From contig CAYSSS010000002.1 in NCBI GenBank assembly GCA_964433975.1, positions 34,441 through 98,440 of the forward strand: 64,000 nucleotides of DNA, written 5' to 3'. The DNA comes from an uncultured Planctomycetia bacterium (GTDB taxonomy: Bacteria > Omnitrophota > Gorgyraeia > 2-01-FULL-45-10). How positions within the stretch are numbered: position 1 is the stretch's first letter; the number at the start of each line of letters is the position of its first letter. Positions 56,301 to 62,300 of this stretch are shown in pieces. The translations under genes were made by a program, and so were the position numbers. The notes beneath the pieces were generated by a model that was given only the letters and a program-made list of their open reading frames with translations, was not told where the DNA came from and did not search any database.

Positions 56301-59300
56301 ATAATATTCGGAAGCGGGATAAGCAAATTGCAGTCGACAGACTTCCAGATCTCGAAGCTGGAAGTAGAAAATGCGGCAAAGTATGAAAAGGCTCTTCTTG
56401 ACGGCGCCTTCGTGACGCCGGATTATGAAAAGGATCCCAGTAAACCTCTTACGGATTTCGCTAGCCTGCGACAGGGTCAGTTGAGTCTCAGAAGGGCGCT
56501 TGGTGAAATCGCGGACAAGATAGGCAAGACCAAAGATCCGAATATACGGGCTAAACTCATCGAGACAGCAAAAGATATGATGGCAAGCGCTTCATGGCGC
56601 GAAAGCGACGGCACATTCCGCACCGTAGTATACGGTGTAAAGGCCGCCCATGAGTATAAGCGTCAGGTAATGCAGGCTTATATTAAGAACATGGGTCTAA
56701 CACAAGAAAAATTCACCCTCTTATTCGAAGAGAAGTACGGCAAAGGCTCCATAAATAATCCCACCGAAGCACAATTAAACGAATTCTTCACCCTATATAC
56801 AGGCATAAAAATAGAGTCACTGCTCGGCAAATACGACAAGAAAGACGGCAAAGAGGGAGACTATAAAAAGGATTCGTATGGCAGGACATGGCTCCTGGTC
56901 ACCGACGATAAGCATAATAAGCCGCCAAAGGTTGACGTTTACAATATAAATGGTGAGCTTGAATCGACGTATGCCGGCGGAATCGATGAAACTAAAGACG
57001 ATAAAGGCATATATAAAGGCATCGAGGTAAAAGGTACGGACGTTAACGTCATCAGCAATTATAGGATGGATGTCACGAAGCGTTATGACTCCACGCGCGA
57101 GATCGCCCAGACGAAGACATATTTCATAGATAGAACCAATCCCGCATTGCCTAGAGACGTGCTCGACAGCTACGGGGTAGGGGATGAACTTGATAGCAAC
57201 GTAGTGGAAGATCATAAGCTTCTTGTCGACGCCGCGGGTAACTACCTGAAGAAGGACGGTTCTATTGTTAAGCCTGAAGATGTTGCTGGGTGTGACGTCA
57301 CCCTGCTTGCCTACAATCCGGCCACAATAACTTATGAGCTCGGCCTTATCCAGAAGCAGTCAACAAAATTGGACAGGGTCAATAAGGACAAGTCCGACGC
57401 TATTACGGTATTGACGAAGTACGATCAGGCAGACCCCAGGAAGGAGACCGGCCGGGATTCTTATTACGAAAAAAATTCGGTCGAGAGCGCCCATCTATCG
57501 GCGGGTTTCCCGGTGACGCCAAAAGATGTCAGGCCTGAGGATAAAGATAAACACAAAGCGTTTGTAGAATCGCATAAATTTCTCTATGATGGCTCCGGAA
57601 AGATGCTTCTAGATGAAAATGGCATGCCTCGTTATGGTGCATTGATAGAAGTTTACGACGAAGTCGGCAATCTCAGGCGCCAGGAGATACCGGATACATT
57701 AAACGGCGGCACCATAAAAGATGGCACTATAGTAGGGCCTAAGATAGTTATAGACATTGATTTAGGCAAAAAAACCGGCCGCGAAACTAGTCGCAGGGCA
57801 AAGTACGTGGATGCTGTCGGCCAGGAGACGAAATTATCGGAAGGCGTATTTTTAGGTAATGACATTAAAGACGGTTCTGCAAGGGTCTTAGTTAGCGTCT
57901 TGAAAGAAGACGGTTCGCTTGCCTATAAGAAGATAGAGATATACGACGCTGTCGGTAACTTAATCCGCCAGGAGATACCGGATGCATTAAACGGGGGTCG
58001 TATCGTAGGTGAGGGTAAAGACGCAAAGGTTGCAGGTGCGCATATATTTATGACAGTTAACATAGCTGAAGGCAGAGAGGCAGGTCGTGACGCCTACTAC
58101 GTAAACAAAAACGGTGAAACCACGCACCTTTCAAGCGGAAAACCCACTGATGAATATGACAAAGCCGGCAATAGAGCGATAATAATAAACGTATTGAACA
58201 AGAGTAACAATGTCATTTATAAGAAAAAAGAAATGTACGATCCGATCGGCAACCTGAAAGCGATGATAATAATAGATCCCAGCGGCCAAGTCTACGCTAA
58301 AACAATAGTTGTATATGAAAATGGAAGAGAAGAGCGCCGCTATCGCTATCTGGTGGATAAAGACGGGAACTTTACAAGCCCAGACGGTAAAATTATTTCA
58401 GGTGAAGTGCGCTATTCAGATGGCATGGTTGTTAGCGGAGCGGGAAATATAGTTGCAAAGCCTGTATCTACCGGAAAATTTGTAGGCTACGGTGAAAATG
58501 GCGCAAACATAGTAGACATAACCGAAAATAATAATATCACAAGATCAACTCTAGATATTTTCGGAAACTTAATAGAAAAAAGAATAGGCAAAGAATTGGT
58601 AATTAAGTTTAATTATGATGAATTTATGCGTCAATTATCCACTGAAACATCCTTTAACGGACAAGTAGTCAAAAGCGGTAAGACTACGGGATATGTTATT
58701 ACAGACGAAACAGGGGAAAATAGAAAAGTTATCGGGCTGGACGATAAAGTGCCAGATGGTTGGAAAATTGTAGGAGTAAAAACTGAGATTACAGAGAATT
58801 TGTGGAAGACATCGTGGTCTGAATATTATGACCTTTTCGGAAATATACAAAAAACCGAAAAGCCTGTTACAGGAACAAATTTTGCCGAGGTGACAGAATT
58901 TGAATACAGATTCGGCATGATTCACGGTAGCAAATCCTATTTATATGGATTTGACCCCAAGACTAATTCGGTAAAATATACAGAACCTAATATGCCTCTC
59001 AAGACATCCACGGTAAGTTTTGATGCCGAAGGTAATATGATTTCTTTGGTAAAGGATGAAACAACGCACTGGTATTCACAGGAGAGCATGGACGCGGCAG
59101 GCCGACTGAAAGCAAAAATAGGCGGGGCGATGGATGAAAAAGGGAATTTCAAACCTATATACATAGAGATGCCCGAATATGAAGGACTTTACGGGGCTTA
59201 TGGTATCGGCGAAAGAAGTTGCACATATAAATATGACGCTAATAAAAAAATAACCGATTACAAACCAGAAGACGTCATTATCAAGGCTGTCAGGGACAAA

Positions 59301-62300
59301 AATGTTGTTCCAGAAACGGCGAACGGTGTTCTCTACAGATATGACTTGCGTGTCAATGAGACGGCGGCTATATTCTCCTGGGAAGAATTGCAGGATAAAA
59401 GGGGCAGGCTTGCCGTAAAATACTCCCTTGGGTTACATGACGATAAAACTACGAATCCTGTAAGAAAAAACGCGACAAAGCTTGAATATGACGATGTTGG
59501 TCAGCCCGGACTTGCATTTTCCGGTATTGCCAATCGAGGCACAACATACGCAGTGGATGAAAAAGGAAATATCGATGAGACAAAAATCATCAACCAGTCT
59601 GTTTTTGAAAAGCGCGACCCGGAGACCGGAAACATATTAGTCAGAATTAATAATTTCAAAAAGAAACTGGTATGGCAGGAAGAAAAGGACGGAAAAGGCC
59701 GTCTGGTTAATTTATATAAAGGGAAAGTTGACGACAAAGACTGGGAGAAAGGCGAATTCAAGCGCGAGAGAGTCACCATTTTACATTACGACGCTTCTGA
59801 TGCCTGCAGATGGCTTATGGACGTGGCTGATATGGGCCAAACCTACGCTCTTAATAAAGATGGTTCATATTTTGGAAACGTGCCGTTTATGATTTCATGG
59901 TTTGCGGGATTTTCATCCGAAGGATATATTAATAACCAGGTTGTAAGCCTCAAAACAGTAGAATTCTGGTATGAACTTAAGGATCCGACAGGCGTTTTAA
60001 TGTCCTCGCTGGTTACATACGAAGACCAGGATAAATATATCATGCCGATAAAAACGGGTCTGGCTACAGATAAAACGCCCGAAAGTAGGTGGAGCAAGAT
60101 AAAGGGCTATCAGAAAAACCCGTTAATGAAATTTACGCCCACAGTGCGGGAAGATCTGATCTATGAATATGGAGCCAAAGATTACGGAGTTTACGGTATT
60201 GCAGATGCCACCAAGACAACCTTACTTGATTATCCTTCTTCAGGAAAGCAGTACGTACGCAGCTCTTCGGAAATAGTGTCCATCGATGCCGACGGAAATA
60301 TAACTTATTTGGAAATGGATCATTTGACAGAGTTAGCCCGCAGAATCGTCAAGAATAAAAACGGGTTACCGATCGAAACCCGGGTTGGATACATAAAACA
60401 TGGTGCAAAGCCGGAGGAAAATATTTTTATAGCCATCGCCGAAACCAGATCAGTTTATGGCGAAGGCGAAAAAGATTATGGCCGGTTCGATATCGCCGAC
60501 TCTGTTGAATCATGGCGGACGGATGAGAATGGAAAACGTATTTTCACAACCAGCAAATCAAAAGTCGCAGGCCTAACCGACAGAGGTGTGGTGCAGGCGG
60601 AAGAGACGCTTTACAGGATGGCGCCCGGCGGCACGGATGTTAAGAGCCACGTGTACAACAATTACTACAAAAACCGTGGCAATCGTAAGATGATAGAGGA
60701 TGCCTTTTTGCGTTCGGTGATAAACTTCGGTAAATGGGGCTTTGAAGTTGATGCTTATACGGAAGATATAGGCTTCTATCCGACTCTCGTAAATAAAGAT
60801 AACAAGCTCGGCGTTGACAGGAGCAAAGAAGCGATTATTACGAAAAAGAGCAAGGTGAAAACCCGGGGCGTCATGCATAATCCGTATTTCCCGGACAAAG
60901 ACGCTGAATTCTACACAGTCAGCGAAGTCGAATATTACGATAAAGTGGGCGGCTTATCATATAAGGGTGAACAATGGAGCGATAGGTTCGGCAATCCGGT
61001 TGTCGATATCAGGATAATCGAAGAGGAGAAGAAGGACAGGGATGGCAAGATAATTCCTGGTACTGGTAAGCGTGTAGTCTCCTATCATTTTAATAGAGAC
61101 GGTGAAATCCCGTATAGTACGGCTGTTTCGGCCGAGAAATATACAGCAAAGCTTAATATGAATAGCAGCGTTAAGAAAGGGATTAACAACGCCGAGTTTT
61201 TATATTTTTATATTAACAGAAAAGAACCTGCAAAGTATTCGCTTTTGGTGAGCGGTAAAGATATGGATGGTAATGATAAGTCGATTCTTTTAAATGACCT
61301 ATGGAGTCCATGTGCTTTTAATGATTTGAACCTTCCAAACACGGTAAGCTCCATAACAAGGTCAACCCTAGTAGCTGACTCGCCATGGATAGACGACGAT
61401 GTTGTCATAGCCATACCGGTTATAGAGCTTGTGGCAAAAGGTTTAGATCCCGCAAGAATAGATTCAATGTCCATAAGAGTAGATGGACAGCATAGCGAGA
61501 TAAAGGTTGGAGACGTTATGCGTTTGGGCGAAGGCAATGTTGTAAATAGCGCATTTACAAAAAAGGATATTGAGGATTACGAAGAAAAACGTGCGAACGT
61601 ATCTACAGATAAATCCGGTAATAAACATATCACTAAGAAAGAAGCTAATGAATCCAGCGAGCTTGAACCAAACCATGTGACTACCGTGGTAAGGCCGGAC
61701 AATACCAGGTGGTATGAGACAAAGAAAATTAAATACAAGAACTATATGGGGCAGTTCGAGGAAGGATCGATTACAACGGTTTACGGGCCAGACGGGCTCT
61801 ATCCCATAGGTACTATTTTTACCGGATCAGGAATCGACGGGAAAGTGGTATTTTATCGTAATGCTACGATTGAAGAAGGGCCATACACGTATGAATTAAG
61901 CACTGATCCTAAGAACGAGGTTGATCAACGCTTGGTATATAATTCAAAATCCGTAAATCCCGAAAAACCAATTTTTATTTTGGCAGACGGTGTTGTGCGC
62001 ATTTCTCATGTAGATAATACGCCTGAGGCTAAAGCATATAATACTCGTGATAATTTGCCATCGGAGTTCCTGTGGAGAAAAGTGTTTGGTACAACAGATC
62101 TTGAAAATAGGGTGAGGGATATAAAATTACCCGCCCTTAGGACCGACGAAATAAATGGCTTAAAGAAAAAGTGCGAAGATGCTTTATCCGGTTCCGATGT
62201 TATTGGACCGGAAGGTAGTGTAAGCGTAGAACCTGCTCCTGTAGTAGTAAGTGACGTAAATAAAAATATCAATGCCGCAATCCTGAGATTACTGCCGATA

